A stretch of 64,000 nt of DNA, taken from the sequence record SRR20825019_1943; one strand, written 5' to 3'. Under the pieces are notes generated by a model. That model had not been told where the DNA came from, did no database searches, and saw only the letters and a list, made by a program, of their open reading frames with translations. Position numbers and translations under genes: made by a program. Shown here in pieces: positions 27,348 to 37,215 of the stretch (within the stretch, counting starts at the first letter, position 1; the number at the start of each line of letters is the position of its first letter).

Positions 27348-30233
27348 ATGTTAAGAAAGAAAACCAACGGGGTAGCGAAAGGCCCCCGTGCTGGTTCTTT
27401 ACTTTCATCCCTCGCTGCCAAAACCATGGATCGCCGTGGTTTCCTGGCCGCCTCCGGTGTCACAGTGGGCGGTTTGGCAGCTTTGTCACTGACGCCTGGC
27501 CGAGTTGAGGCCGCAACCCCGTCGACGGGAGGCGGGGAAGTGATTCGCAAAAAGTCCGTGTGTACTCACTGCTCGGTTGGCTGCACGGTGATGGCGGAAG
27601 TCCAGAATGGCACCTGGATCGGGCAGGAGCCAGGTTGGGACAGTCCCTTCAACCTTGGCGCACATTGCGCCAAAGGTGCTTCCGTGCGCGAGCATGCCCA
27701 CGGCGAGCGCCGTCTCAAGTACCCGATGAAAATGGTCGGCGGACAGTGGCAGAAAATCTCCTGGGACGAAGCGATCAACGAGATCGGCGACAAGATGCTG
27801 CAAATCCGCGAGGAAAGCGGTCCGGACTCGGTTTACTGGCTGGGTAGCGCGAAGTTCTCCAACGAGGGCTCCTATCTCTTCCGCAAGTTTGCCGCCTACT
27901 GGGGCACCAACAACGTTGATCACCAGGCCCGGATCTGCCATTCGACCACGGTTGCCGGCGTAGCCAACACTTGGGGCTACGGTGCGATGACCAATTCGTA
28001 CAACGATATCCACAACTCCAAAGCGATCTTCCTGATCGGTGGTAACCCTGCGGAAGCGCACCCGGTGTCGCTGCTGCATCTTCTCAAAGCCAAGGAAGAA
28101 AACAACGCGCCGCTGATTGTCTGCGACCCTCGTTTCACGCGCACCGCCGCCCACGCGGACGAGTATGTGCGGTTTCGTCCAGGTTCAGACGTCGCGCTGG
28201 TCTGGGGCCTGTTGTGGCACATCTTTGAGAACAGCTGGGAAGACAAGGAGTTCATCCGCACCCGGGTGTACGGCATGGACGACATCCGGCAGGAAGTAAA
28301 GAAATGGAACCCTGAGGAAGTCGAGCGTGTAACCGGTGTGCCTGGAGCACAGCTTGAGCGCGTCGCTCGTACCCTGGCGAATAACCGCCCTGGCACGGTC
28401 ATCTGGTGCATGGGTGGTACCCAGCACACCAATGGCAACAACAACACCCGCGCCTACTGTGTGCTGCAACTGGCACTGGGCAACATGGGCGCTCCTGGCG
28501 GCGGCACCAATATCTTCCGTGGCCATGACAACGTTCAGGGCGCCACTGACCTGGGTGTATTGGCCGATACCCTGCCCGGCTACTATGGCCTGGCCGCTGG
28601 CTCCTGGGCTCATTGGGCCCGCGTCTGGGAAGAGGACCTGGATTGGCTCAAGGGGCGCTTTGCCGTGTGGGACAAGGATGGCAAATCCAGAGCCATGATG
28701 AACGAGAAAGGCATTCCCGTATCGCGCTGGATTGACGGCGTTCTGGAAGCCAAGGAAAACCTGGAGCAGCCCGACAATACCCGGGCCATGGTGCTGTGGG
28801 GCCACGCGCCCAACTCGCAGACCCGGATGCTGGAAATGAAGGAAGCCATGGAAAAGCTCGACCTGCTGGTCGTGGTGGATCCCTTCCCTACCGTGTCAGC
28901 GGTGCTACATGATCGCAAGGACGGCGCCTACCTGTTGCCCGCCACCACCCAGTTCGAGACCTCGGGTTCAGTTACCGCTTCCAATCGTTCGCTGCAGTGG
29001 CGTGAGAAAGTCGTTGAGCCGTTGTTCGAGTCGAAGGTCGATCACGAAATCATAAAGCTGTTCGCGGACAAGTTCGGCTTCACCGATCGCATGTTCCGCA
29101 ATATTGCCATTGAAGGCAATGAACCGGTCGTCGAGGACATCACCCGTGAATTCAACCGTGGCATGTGGACCATCGGCTACACCGGTCAGTCGCCCGAGCG
29201 CCTGAAAAAGCACATGGCCAACCAGCACCACTTCGACAAGACCACACTGCGTGCGGTGGGTGGCCCCTGCGATGGTGATATCTACGGCCTGCCATGGCCA
29301 TCCTGGGGCACACCGGAAATGAACCATCCGGGCACACACGTGCTCTATGACATGTCTTTGCCGGTGTCCAAAGGTGGCCTTACCTTCCGTGCCCGCTTCG
29401 GCGTTGAACGCAACGGCGAAAACCTGCTGGCGGACGGCGTTTACTCGAAAAACTCCGAGATCAAGGACGGATACCCGGAATTCACCATGCAGATGCTGAT
29501 GGACCTGGGCTGGGATGGTGACCTGACGGCCGAAGAGCGCGCCAGCATTGATGCCGTTGCCGGCCCCGAAACCAACTGGAAAACCGACCTGTCTGGCGGC
29601 ATCCAGCGTGTTGCGATCAAACACGAGTGCGCGCCCTTTGGTAACGCCAAGGCCCGCGCCATCGTCTGGAACTTCCCGGACCCCGTGCCGCTTCATCGCG
29701 AACCCCTCTATACCAACCGCCGAGACCTGGTGGAGGACTATCCGACCTACGAGGACAAGACCTTCTGGCGTGTCCCGACCCTGTACGAGTCCATCCAGAA
29801 GAAGGACTTCAGCAAGGACTTCCCCATCATTCTGACCTCAGGCCGACTGGTTGAGTATGAAGGTGGTGGTGACGAGACCCGGTCCAACCCGTGGCTGGCG
29901 GAATTGCAGCAGGACATGTTCATTGAAGTGAATCCGCGTGATGCGAACAACATGAACATTCGTGACGGTAAGGATGTCTGGGTGTCTGGCCCGGAAGGCG
30001 CACGCATCAAAGTCAAGGCCATGGTGACCGAACGGGTCGGCGAGGGCGTCGCCTTCATGCCGTTCCACTTCGGCGGACACCTGGAGGGCAAGGATCTGAG
30101 GGACAAGTATCCGAAAGGCTCCGACCCCTACGTATTGGGTGAATCCACCAACACAGTTCAAACATACGGGTATGACTCGGTCACACAGATGCAAGAGACC
30201 AAGTGCACCCTGTGTTCGATTATGCCGGCATAA
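27348..30233 (+). CDS. fdhA: Formate dehydrogenase alpha subunit (Tat-exported, W/Mo-bis-PGD, Cys ligand)
   Basis: DRRGFL Tat motif; CTHCSVGC...C Fe-S motif; HQARICH active site; RGHDNVQGA. Confidence 0.96.
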   Translation: MLRKKTNGVAKGPRAGSLLSSLAAKTMDRRGFLAASGVTVGGLAALSLTPGRVEAATPSTGGGEVIRKKSVCTHCSVGCTVMAEVQNGTWIGQEPGWDSPFNLGAHCAKGASVREHAHGERRLKYPMKMVGGQWQKISWDEAINEIGDKMLQIREESGPDSVYWLGSAKFSNEGSYLFRKFAAYWGTNNVDHQARICHSTTVAGVANTWGYGAMTNSYNDIHNSKAIFLIGGNPAEAHPVSLLHLLKAKEENNAPLIVCDPRFTRTAAHADEYVRFRPGSDVALVWGLLWHIFENSWEDKEFIRTRVYGMDDIRQEVKKWNPEEVERVTGVPGAQLERVARTLANNRPGTVIWCMGGTQHTNGNNNTRAYCVLQLALGNMGAPGGGTNIFRGHDNVQGATDLGVLADTLPGYYGLAAGSWAHWARVWEEDLDWLKGRFAVWDKDGKSRAMMNEKGIPVSRWIDGVLEAKENLEQPDNTRAMVLWGHAPNSQTRMLEMKEAMEKLDLLVVVDPFPTVSAVLHDRKDGAYLLPATTQFETSGSVTASNRSLQWREKVVEPLFESKVDHEIIKLFADKFGFTDRMFRNIAIEGNEPVVEDITREFNRGMWTIGYTGQSPERLKKHMANQHHFDKTTLRAVGGPCDGDIYGLPWPSWGTPEMNHPGTHVLYDMSLPVSKGGLTFRARFGVERNGENLLADGVYSKNSEIKDGYPEFTMQMLMDLGWDGDLTAEERASIDAVAGPETNWKTDLSGGIQRVAIKHECAPFGNAKARAIVWNFPDPVPLHREPLYTNRRDLVEDYPTYEDKTFWRVPTLYESIQKKDFSKDFPIILTSGRLVEYEGGGDETRSNPWLAELQQDMFIEVNPRDANNMNIRDGKDVWVSGPEGARIKVKAMVTERVGEGVAFMPFHFGGHLEGKDLRDKYPKGSDPYVLGESTNTVQTYGYDSVTQMQETKCTLCSIMPA

Positions 30234-30248
30234 CAAGAGGTGTAGATC

Positions 30249-30857
30249 ATGGCCATTGAAGGACAAGCAAGAGCGAAATTCCTTTGCGATGCCGAACGCT
30301 GCATCGAGTGTAATGCCTGCGTAACGGCCTGCAAGAATGAGCATGAAGTCCCCTGGGGCATCAACCGTCGACGCGTGGTGACCATTGAAGATGGCAAGCC
30401 CGGTGAGCGTTCGATCTCGGTAGCCTGCATGCACTGTTCAGACGCACCCTGTATGGCCGTCTGCCCCGTGGATTGCTTCTACCAGACCGAAGACGGTGTG
30501 GTTTTGCACTCCAAGGATCTGTGCATTGGTTGTGGGTATTGTTTCTACGCTTGCCCATTCGGCGCCCCGCAGTTCCCGCAAGCGGGCAATTTTGGTAGCC
30601 GGGGCAAGATGGACAAATGCACGTTCTGTGCGGGCGGTCCGGAAGAAGACAACTCCACAGCGGAGTTCTCCAAGTACGGACGCAACCGTATTGCGGAGGG
30701 CAAGCTGCCGATCTGTGCGGAAATGTGCTCCACCAAAGCCTTGTTGGCCGGTGACGGCAACGAGGTAGCGGACATCTACCGCCAGCGTGTGGTGAACCGT
30801 GGTTTTGGTTCAGGCGCCTGGGGATGGGGCACAGCCTACGAGAAGAAGGGCGCGTAA
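30249..30857 (+). CDS. fdhB: Formate dehydrogenase Fe-S beta subunit
   Basis: CIECNACVTAC, CMHCSDAPC..VCP, CIGCGYCFYACP, KCTFC. Confidence 0.95.
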   Translation: MAIEGQARAKFLCDAERCIECNACVTACKNEHEVPWGINRRRVVTIEDGKPGERSISVACMHCSDAPCMAVCPVDCFYQTEDGVVLHSKDLCIGCGYCFYACPFGAPQFPQAGNFGSRGKMDKCTFCAGGPEEDNSTAEFSKYGRNRIAEGKLPICAEMCSTKALLAGDGNEVADIYRQRVVNRGFGSGAWGWGTAYEKKGA

Positions 30858-30942
30858 GCCCATTGGATGTTTCCGGGGCCCTGGGGCCCCGGCATTCGTT
30901 AAGGCAACGGATTCTTTTTGTTCATTCCGCTGGAGTGCTTTC

Positions 30943-32115
30943 ATGAACTGTAAACTATTCGGTGCCGCCGTTTTTGTGCTGGCGACATTGGTCTTCAACC
31001 CTGTGTGGGCGCAGGACGTTCCCGAGTCTGACCAGATGTCTACCGGGGGCGGCCAAACCCTCGAAGACATCATGGCCCGGCAGGAAAGACTGAAAGCTGA
31101 CGGGGAATCCCGTTCCAAAGAAACAGGTAATCCCGCCAACGCGGCACCGATCAACGAGCCACTGGGCACCCGTGGCGGGCGTTCCGATGCTGATGCCTGG
31201 CGCGGCATTCGCTACGACAACATCGACATTGAAACCCAGGTTCGCAACCCGGCGGCCGATGTTCTGATCCAGGACGGCGGCATGCGCTGGTACCAGTTGC
31301 GTGAAGGGCCGGTCATCACCTACGGCGGCGGTGCCATTCTGGGCTTCATCGCATTGCTGGTGGTGTTCTACCTCATTCGCGGCAGGATCAAAATCGAAGG
31401 CGGCCCTGCGGGCACTACAATTGAACGGTTCAAAGCCGTCGAGCGGTTCGGCCATTGGCTGCTGGCAGGCTCGTTTATCGCCCTGGGCCTGACCGGGCTG
31501 ATCACCCTGATGGGGCGAAGCTTCCTGATCCCGGTCATGGGGGCTGACGCCTTTGCCACCCTGGCTGCCGGCTCCAAGTGGGTCCACAATAACGTTGCAT
31601 GGGCGTTCATGCTGGGGCTGGTGATGACGTTTGTCATGTGGGTGGCCCATAACATTCCCAACAAACTGGACTGGCAATGGCTCAAGGCCGGCGGCGGTAT
31701 CTTTACCAAGAGCCATCCGTCTGCGAAAAAATTCAACGCCGGCCAGAAGATCATTTTCTGGACCGTGATGGTGCTGGGCGTCTCAGTGTCCCTTTCCGGG
31801 CTGTCGCTGCTGTTCCCGTTTCAGATGCCCATGTTTGCCGATACCTTCGGCATCATGAACAGTGTTCTGGGTACCAGCTTCCCGACCGATCTGGCGCCCC
31901 ACGAAGAGATGCAATACGCCAACCTCTGGCACTCGATTGTCGCATTCGTGATGATGCTGGCCATCATCGCCCACATTTATATTGGCTCGGTTGGCATGGA
32001 AGGCGCCTTCGATGCCATGGGTAACGGCCAGGTTGATGTGGAGTGGGCGCGCCAGCACCACGATCTGTGGGTGGCCGAGGTTGAAGCCAAACAGGGTAAA
32101 GGAGGGTCATCGTGA
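30943..32115 (+). CDS. fdhC: Formate dehydrogenase gamma subunit (cytochrome b) with periplasmic N-terminal extension
   Basis: Signal peptide; ERFGHW, KFNAGQK, HIYIG, WARQHH; TGGAG RBS. Confidence 0.93.
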   Translation: MNCKLFGAAVFVLATLVFNPVWAQDVPESDQMSTGGGQTLEDIMARQERLKADGESRSKETGNPANAAPINEPLGTRGGRSDADAWRGIRYDNIDIETQVRNPAADVLIQDGGMRWYQLREGPVITYGGGAILGFIALLVVFYLIRGRIKIEGGPAGTTIERFKAVERFGHWLLAGSFIALGLTGLITLMGRSFLIPVMGADAFATLAAGSKWVHNNVAWAFMLGLVMTFVMWVAHNIPNKLDWQWLKAGGGIFTKSHPSAKKFNAGQKIIFWTVMVLGVSVSLSGLSLLFPFQMPMFADTFGIMNSVLGTSFPTDLAPHEEMQYANLWHSIVAFVMMLAIIAHIYIGSVGMEGAFDAMGNGQVDVEWARQHHDLWVAEVEAKQGKGGSS

Positions 32116-32237
32116 AAGTCATGATTTCAGCGTTTGTCGCGGCGCTGGTGATTGCCTTTGCCGCCCCGCCCGTTCTTGACCAGTTCGGGTGGTCCTCCGC
32201 CGCGCAAACCAGCAGTGAGAATGTGCGGCTTGACTGA
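32112..32237 (+). CDS. 41-aa single-TM microprotein (MKVMISAFVAALVIAFAAPPVLDQFGWSSAAQTSSENVRLD)
   Basis: Manual read; GTGA overlap with the fdhC stop; AGGAGG RBS; hydrophobic N-terminus. Confidence 0.7.
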   Translation: MKVMISAFVAALVIAFAAPPVLDQFGWSSAAQTSSENVRLD

Positions 32238-32484
32238 ACAGTCCCAGATGCATGAAACAGAGGTTTACCAGATCGATGCCATCGGTTTGGTATGCCCACT
32301 GCCCGTTCTGCGTTTTAAGAAGCGCACCCAGGGCCTTCCCAGCGGCACGCAGGTTGACTTCCTGGCCGATGATCCCAGCGGTCGTCGGGATTTACAGGTG
32401 CTGTGCGAGCTGACCGGGCACCGGATTGAATGGGTCCGTGAGGAGGATGCCGGGGTGCTTCGGTACCGCATCTGTCTGGCTTAG
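32230..32484 (+). CDS. TusA/SirA family sulfur carrier (start TTG 32230 or ATG 32248)
   Basis: IDAIGLVCPLPVL (CPxP motif), ADDP. Confidence 0.88.
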   Translation: MTEQSQMHETEVYQIDAIGLVCPLPVLRFKKRTQGLPSGTQVDFLADDPSGRRDLQVLCELTGHRIEWVREEDAGVLRYRICLA

Positions 32485-32527
32485 CGATCGCACCGGAACA
32501 GGCCGGCTGCGGTCCTCGCATGCCTAC

Positions 32528-33067
32528 TCAAACCATTCGGCGGAAAATACCATCCCCACGGAGCATATGGCGAAAGGCCGCCGCGATATGGCCTGCGACC
32601 AGAACACCTAGCGTTATGGCTAGCCACCCGTGTATCGCAAACAGGCTCCCAGCCAATTCCTTGTCCTCCGGCACAAAAGGCATGGCGGGCAGTCTGACAT
32701 CGCCCACGATGCCCAAAGCCGGATACGCCGTCACACCGGCCCAGCCAAACAAAGGCGTAACCACCAACATGACGTAGATCAGGTGGTGCATGCTCTTGGC
32801 TGCAATCTGCAATGTGCGGGGCATGCTCTCGGGATAGGGTGGGCTTTTTACCCGTATCTTGACGACGATCCGCAGGATCATCAGTAGGAGCACGGTAAAA
32901 CCTATGGCTTTGTGCCCACTGTACAAGGTATTCGTCAGCGCCCCCCAGATATCAGCTTCCGCACGCGACGCCATCCAGAGCCCGACGGGTATCAACGTCA
33001 GGACCATCAGCGCCATTACCCAATGCAGTACCCGCCAGCCCGCGGGGTATTTCTGGATCTGTTGCAT
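32528..33067 (-). CDS. Cytochrome b561 family protein
   Basis: LHWVMA, HKAIG, HHLIY, IHG.L....L..GHIAAAFRH heme histidines. Confidence 0.9.
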   Translation of the reverse strand: MQQIQKYPAGWRVLHWVMALMVLTLIPVGLWMASRAEADIWGALTNTLYSGHKAIGFTVLLLMILRIVVKIRVKSPPYPESMPRTLQIAAKSMHHLIYVMLVVTPLFGWAGVTAYPALGIVGDVRLPAMPFVPEDKELAGSLFAIHGWLAITLGVLVAGHIAAAFRHMLRGDGIFRRMV

Positions 33068-33285
33068 ACGCCTTCTCCATCAGCGAATTTATTCGTGCAC
33101 TCTCCAGAGGCCAGCAGAGGCCAGAGGCGGTGCCATGCAGCCTAATGACAGCATAGATCATTGAGTCGAATTCTACTTTCTCTATCCCGATGCTGGTAAT
33201 GTGCTATACGGTTATCAAAGCCCCTCAAATGGAGAGCCGGACCGGATACGTGCGTTACACCGACACGTTGCCAATTGGAATTGTT

Positions 33286-34971
33286 ATGCGGGCATCCTCA
33301 AGTAAACTGATCGTCAGGCTCTTCCCCTTCCTGACATGGGCCAGACCCACGAGACGGCAGAACCGGGCGGACGCCATTGCCGGCATCACGGTCGGGTTGG
33401 TACTGATCCCCCAGGCCCTGGCATACGCCCAACTCGCGGGGATGCCGCCCGTTACCGGTCTCTACGCGGCACTGCTGCCGGGCATTGTTGGGGCATTGTT
33501 CGGTTCATCGTCACTGCTTGCGGTCGGGCCTGTGGCATTAACCAGCCTGCTGACCTTCGCGGCGCTGCAACCGTTGGCCGAAGCGGGGTCCCCGGAATGG
33601 GTGGTGATGGCCATATGGCTCGCCCTCTATTCCGGGCTCATGCAGTTTCTTATGGGCGCGTTCCGCATGGGCATTCTTGCCAACCTGATCTCGAACGCTG
33701 TCGTTCAGGGATTCGTGAATGCGGCTGCCGTCATCATTATCGTTTCACAGATCCCTGCCCTACTGGGCTTCGATACAGGCGCCGGCGAAAACTGGCTATC
33801 CACTCTCTGGCAGGAATGGCAACACGCCCCCTGGCGGCTGGTCGCAACCGCCGGGTTCGGCCTCGGTGGCGTGGCAGCGCTGCTGCTACTCGGAAAATTG
33901 ACCGCGCGCCTGCCTGCGGTGATGGTCGTTACACTGATTGGCATCGCCGGCAGTTATCTGCTGGGATTTGGAGAGCTTGGCGGCTCGGTCATCGGTCCGG
34001 TCGGAAGCGGACTTCCCCAGCCTTCATTGCCTCTGACACTCTCCGTTGACCAGCACCTGGCGCTTCTGCTGCCCGCTGCGATCATTGCACTGATCAGCTT
34101 TACCGAAGCGATGTCCAGTTGCCGCACCATGTCGCGAATAACAGGAGAACCGTGGGACCGGAATCAGGAGTTAATCGGTCAGGGTCTGGCCAAAATGGCC
34201 AGCGGCTTCAGCGGTGCCTTTCCTGTCAGCGGTTCGTTCTCCCGCACGGCGCTGAACGCCTACAGTGGCGCGAAAACCGCGAGGGCGTCCCTGATCGCCT
34301 CACTGCTCGTGCTGATCTCTCTTTTTGGGTTTACCGAGCTCCTGTATCACCTGCCGACCGCGATCCTCGCCGCCATCATCATCGTGCCCGTCACCCGGCT
34401 GATTGATGTCCGCTCGCTTACCCGATTGAGCCGTGAAAACCCCAAGGATGGCATGGTAGCTCTCGTCACCCTGGTGGTGACACTGGTCACCGTGCCAAAC
34501 CTGTACTGGGGAATTCTGGCGGGCATAGCGGCGTCTTTGCTCGCCTTCCTTCATCATCATGCCGTGCCGCGAATCATTGAACTGGGGGTTCATGAGTCAG
34601 GTGGGTTTCGTGACCGACATCTTTACCAGCTGCCGCCCATTGCCGAGGGGGTTCTCGGGGTACGTATGGACGCCTCACTCACTTACCTGACGGCACCGGT
34701 TCTGGAGCGCTCCATCCGCAAGCGAGTGGATGCCGCCCCGGATTTGAGAACCGTGCTGATTTCTGCATCCTCCCTGAATCAGGTCGACTCTACAGGCCTG
34801 GATACCCTGCAGGACATCTGGTCCTTTCTGGATGCAAGAGGCATCACCCTCTACCTGTCCGGCCCAAAACTTCCGTTGAGGGAGGCCCTCTCAAGGACAG
34901 GGCTGGCCCAACTGATCAAAGAGGAGAATATTTTCGCGACCGACGCGAAAGCGATTGAGGCATTGACGTAA
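33286..34971 (+). CDS. SulP family anion transporter with STAS domain
   Basis: AGITVGLVLIPQALAYA.LAG.PP..GLY, NQELIGQG, GSFSRT; STAS VDSTG. Confidence 0.93.
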   Translation: MRASSSKLIVRLFPFLTWARPTRRQNRADAIAGITVGLVLIPQALAYAQLAGMPPVTGLYAALLPGIVGALFGSSSLLAVGPVALTSLLTFAALQPLAEAGSPEWVVMAIWLALYSGLMQFLMGAFRMGILANLISNAVVQGFVNAAAVIIIVSQIPALLGFDTGAGENWLSTLWQEWQHAPWRLVATAGFGLGGVAALLLLGKLTARLPAVMVVTLIGIAGSYLLGFGELGGSVIGPVGSGLPQPSLPLTLSVDQHLALLLPAAIIALISFTEAMSSCRTMSRITGEPWDRNQELIGQGLAKMASGFSGAFPVSGSFSRTALNAYSGAKTARASLIASLLVLISLFGFTELLYHLPTAILAAIIIVPVTRLIDVRSLTRLSRENPKDGMVALVTLVVTLVTVPNLYWGILAGIAASLLAFLHHHAVPRIIELGVHESGGFRDRHLYQLPPIAEGVLGVRMDASLTYLTAPVLERSIRKRVDAAPDLRTVLISASSLNQVDSTGLDTLQDIWSFLDARGITLYLSGPKLPLREALSRTGLAQLIKEENIFATDAKAIEALT

Positions 34972-34998
34972 AAGCCGGGGCCATCTCAGACGCAGCGT

Positions 34999-37215
34999 TC
35001 AGTGCGACTTCTCGACGAAAAAGGTCCACAACGGTGCCGGGCGCCCAAAGAAGTACCCCTGTAAATACACCCCCGGATGGTGGGTTTTCAGGAAATCAGC
35101 ATGTTCTTGCGTTTCCACTCCCTCCGCCACAACTCGAACATTCATGGATTCACCTATACGTTTCACCATATCGACGATATCGGCGGACGTGGAATCGTTT
35201 AGCGCCGAAAGCACAAACGACCGGTCAATCTTGATTTCCGATATGGGCAATCGGCGCAATTGGGAAAGCGAGGAATAACCTGTTCCGAAATCGTCCAGCG
35301 AGAACGTGCAGCCAAAGTTCCGTATCTTCTCCATCTTTTCGACAACGGCGTCCACATCTTTCACCATCACGCTTTCCGTCAGCTCGAACGTAATCAGCGC
35401 GGGAGGGTAACCCGAGTCTGCAACCAACCCGAGGATCGCCTCAGCAAAATCCTCTTCCGCCATGTGCTTGGCGGAAATATTGATCGAGCAGCGGAGCTTT
35501 CGCGAATCTGCTCTCATCTGAGCCAACATTCCCAGGCACACGCGAACGATATGGCGCTCCAGGGCGACAATCTGCCGGGTTCGCTCGGCAAAAGGAATAA
35601 ATTCACCGGGCCCCAACAACCCTCTTTCCGGATGATCCCAGCGAACCAGAAGTTCGATGCCCGCCAGTTCCCGGTCCGGGCTATGCTGAGATTGAGCATA
35701 CATTGCAATTTCGTTCTCGGTAATCGCTCGGGCCAGTTCCGACTCCACCGCCACTTGCCGCCGGATATTCTCGCTCATGGAATCTTCAAACACCGCAACA
35801 GCCCGGTTCGAGTCCTTGGCATTTCGGTGCGCCGTTTCGGCATGGCGCAAAGCGAGGGATGGCATGTCGGAGCTTTCTGTTGGGTACAGCGCAATACCAC
35901 CGGTTGCCTCTATCGTTAACGCCCCTTCCGAGCGATAAGGCACGGGTTCCCGTAGAGCCTCCTGAATACGCCCGAACAACTGCAGGGCTATCCGGTAAGC
36001 TTCGTCCAACGTCCACTGCTTTGGTGCCAGCACGATTCCAAACTCATCGCCCGACAGACGAGCGATGGAGTCGTCTTCATGACAGGCATTCCTGAGCCTC
36101 TCGGCAAACGTCTGAATGACAATATCACCGCAGTCGAAACCAAAGGTCTCGTTTATATATCGGAAGTTGTTGATATCAACAACGATCACCGCAGTGGCCA
36201 TACCACCGTGATGACACAACTTGAGTACGGTACTCAGCTGGTCCAGGAAAAGCGCCCGGTTGGGGAACCCGGTAACGGGATCCCGCCAGGTCAGCTCTTC
36301 CAGTCGCTGCTCGGTCTCTTTAAGGCTGGTGATATCGTTGAAGACCGTCACGTAGTGGGTCACTCGGTCGTCATCAGCCCGTATCGTGCTGATCGTTCTC
36401 AGCTCCGGATAAACCTCCCCATTCCGCCTGCGGTTGTAGATCTCCCCCGACCAGTGATTATGTACCCCCAGATAGTCCAGGATACTGGTGCTGTTAAGGC
36501 GCTTATCCACGCGCACATCAAGAACGTCATGATATCGACCTAACGCTTCGGCTTCGGAGTAACCGGTAATACGGCTATAGGACGGGTTTACTGCGGTGAT
36601 CTTTCCTTCGTTATCAAGCACCGCAATGCCTTCCGAGGTCGACATGAAGGCCTGCTCATAGAGGTTCCCTGAGTCAGCGGCCCGGTCCCGTTTCTGTTCC
36701 TGCATCAGGCGCCAGTTCAACTGGTCCAGTTGATGCAATCTCTCGCTTAACGTTTGATTGAGCTCGACCATGTGATCGAGCATGCCCTTCAGGGAAATGT
36801 GCGTGCGCACTCTTGCCCGCACGGAGGGGAGGCTGATTGGCTTACGAATAAAATCCACAGCCCCCGCTTCGAACCCCTTCTCTTCGCTGTCAGTGTCGAT
36901 AAGTGCCGTGATGAAGATAACCGGAATGTGCTGAAGCTCCTGGCGTTTCTTCAGCCGTCGACACATTTCCAGACCATCCATGTCTGGCATCATGATATCC
37001 AGTAGCAATAAATGAGGACGTTCTCCCCTATCGAGAAGCCCCAACGCCTGTTTCGCACTGGTGGCCACGATAATGTCATGATCGTTTTTCAGTGCATCCG
37101 ACAACACGCGTATATTGGTGGGTTCGTCATCCACGACCATGATCTTGGGTTTCACCTGAAAGAGGCGCGTTCCAATCGAGTCGTCTCGGTCCAGCTTAGA
37201 TAGCAGGTCTGACAC
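34999..37215 (-). CDS. REC-PAS-GGDEF-EAL response regulator (c-di-GMP enzyme)
   Basis: VVDDEP/LLDIMMP REC; PAS; SGDEF; ELLVRW and DDFGTGYSS EAL motifs; GTG start inferred. Confidence 0.92.
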   Translation of the reverse strand: MSDLLSKLDRDDSIGTRLFQVKPKIMVVDDEPTNIRVLSDALKNDHDIIVATSAKQALGLLDRGERPHLLLLDIMMPDMDGLEMCRRLKKRQELQHIPVIFITALIDTDSEEKGFEAGAVDFIRKPISLPSVRARVRTHISLKGMLDHMVELNQTLSERLHQLDQLNWRLMQEQKRDRAADSGNLYEQAFMSTSEGIAVLDNEGKITAVNPSYSRITGYSEAEALGRYHDVLDVRVDKRLNSTSILDYLGVHNHWSGEIYNRRRNGEVYPELRTISTIRADDDRVTHYVTVFNDITSLKETEQRLEELTWRDPVTGFPNRALFLDQLSTVLKLCHHGGMATAVIVVDINNFRYINETFGFDCGDIVIQTFAERLRNACHEDDSIARLSGDEFGIVLAPKQWTLDEAYRIALQLFGRIQEALREPVPYRSEGALTIEATGGIALYPTESSDMPSLALRHAETAHRNAKDSNRAVAVFEDSMSENIRRQVAVESELARAITENEIAMYAQSQHSPDRELAGIELLVRWDHPERGLLGPGEFIPFAERTRQIVALERHIVRVCLGMLAQMRADSRKLRCSINISAKHMAEEDFAEAILGLVADSGYPPALITFELTESVMVKDVDAVVEKMEKIRNFGCTFSLDDFGTGYSSLSQLRRLPISEIKIDRSFVLSALNDSTSADIVDMVKRIGESMNVRVVAEGVETQEHADFLKTHHPGVYLQGYFFGRPAPLWTFFVEKSH

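Noticed and set aside
27930-27990. Selenocysteine recoding in fdhA
   Set aside because: The codon is TGC (Cys) and the frame has no internal TGA
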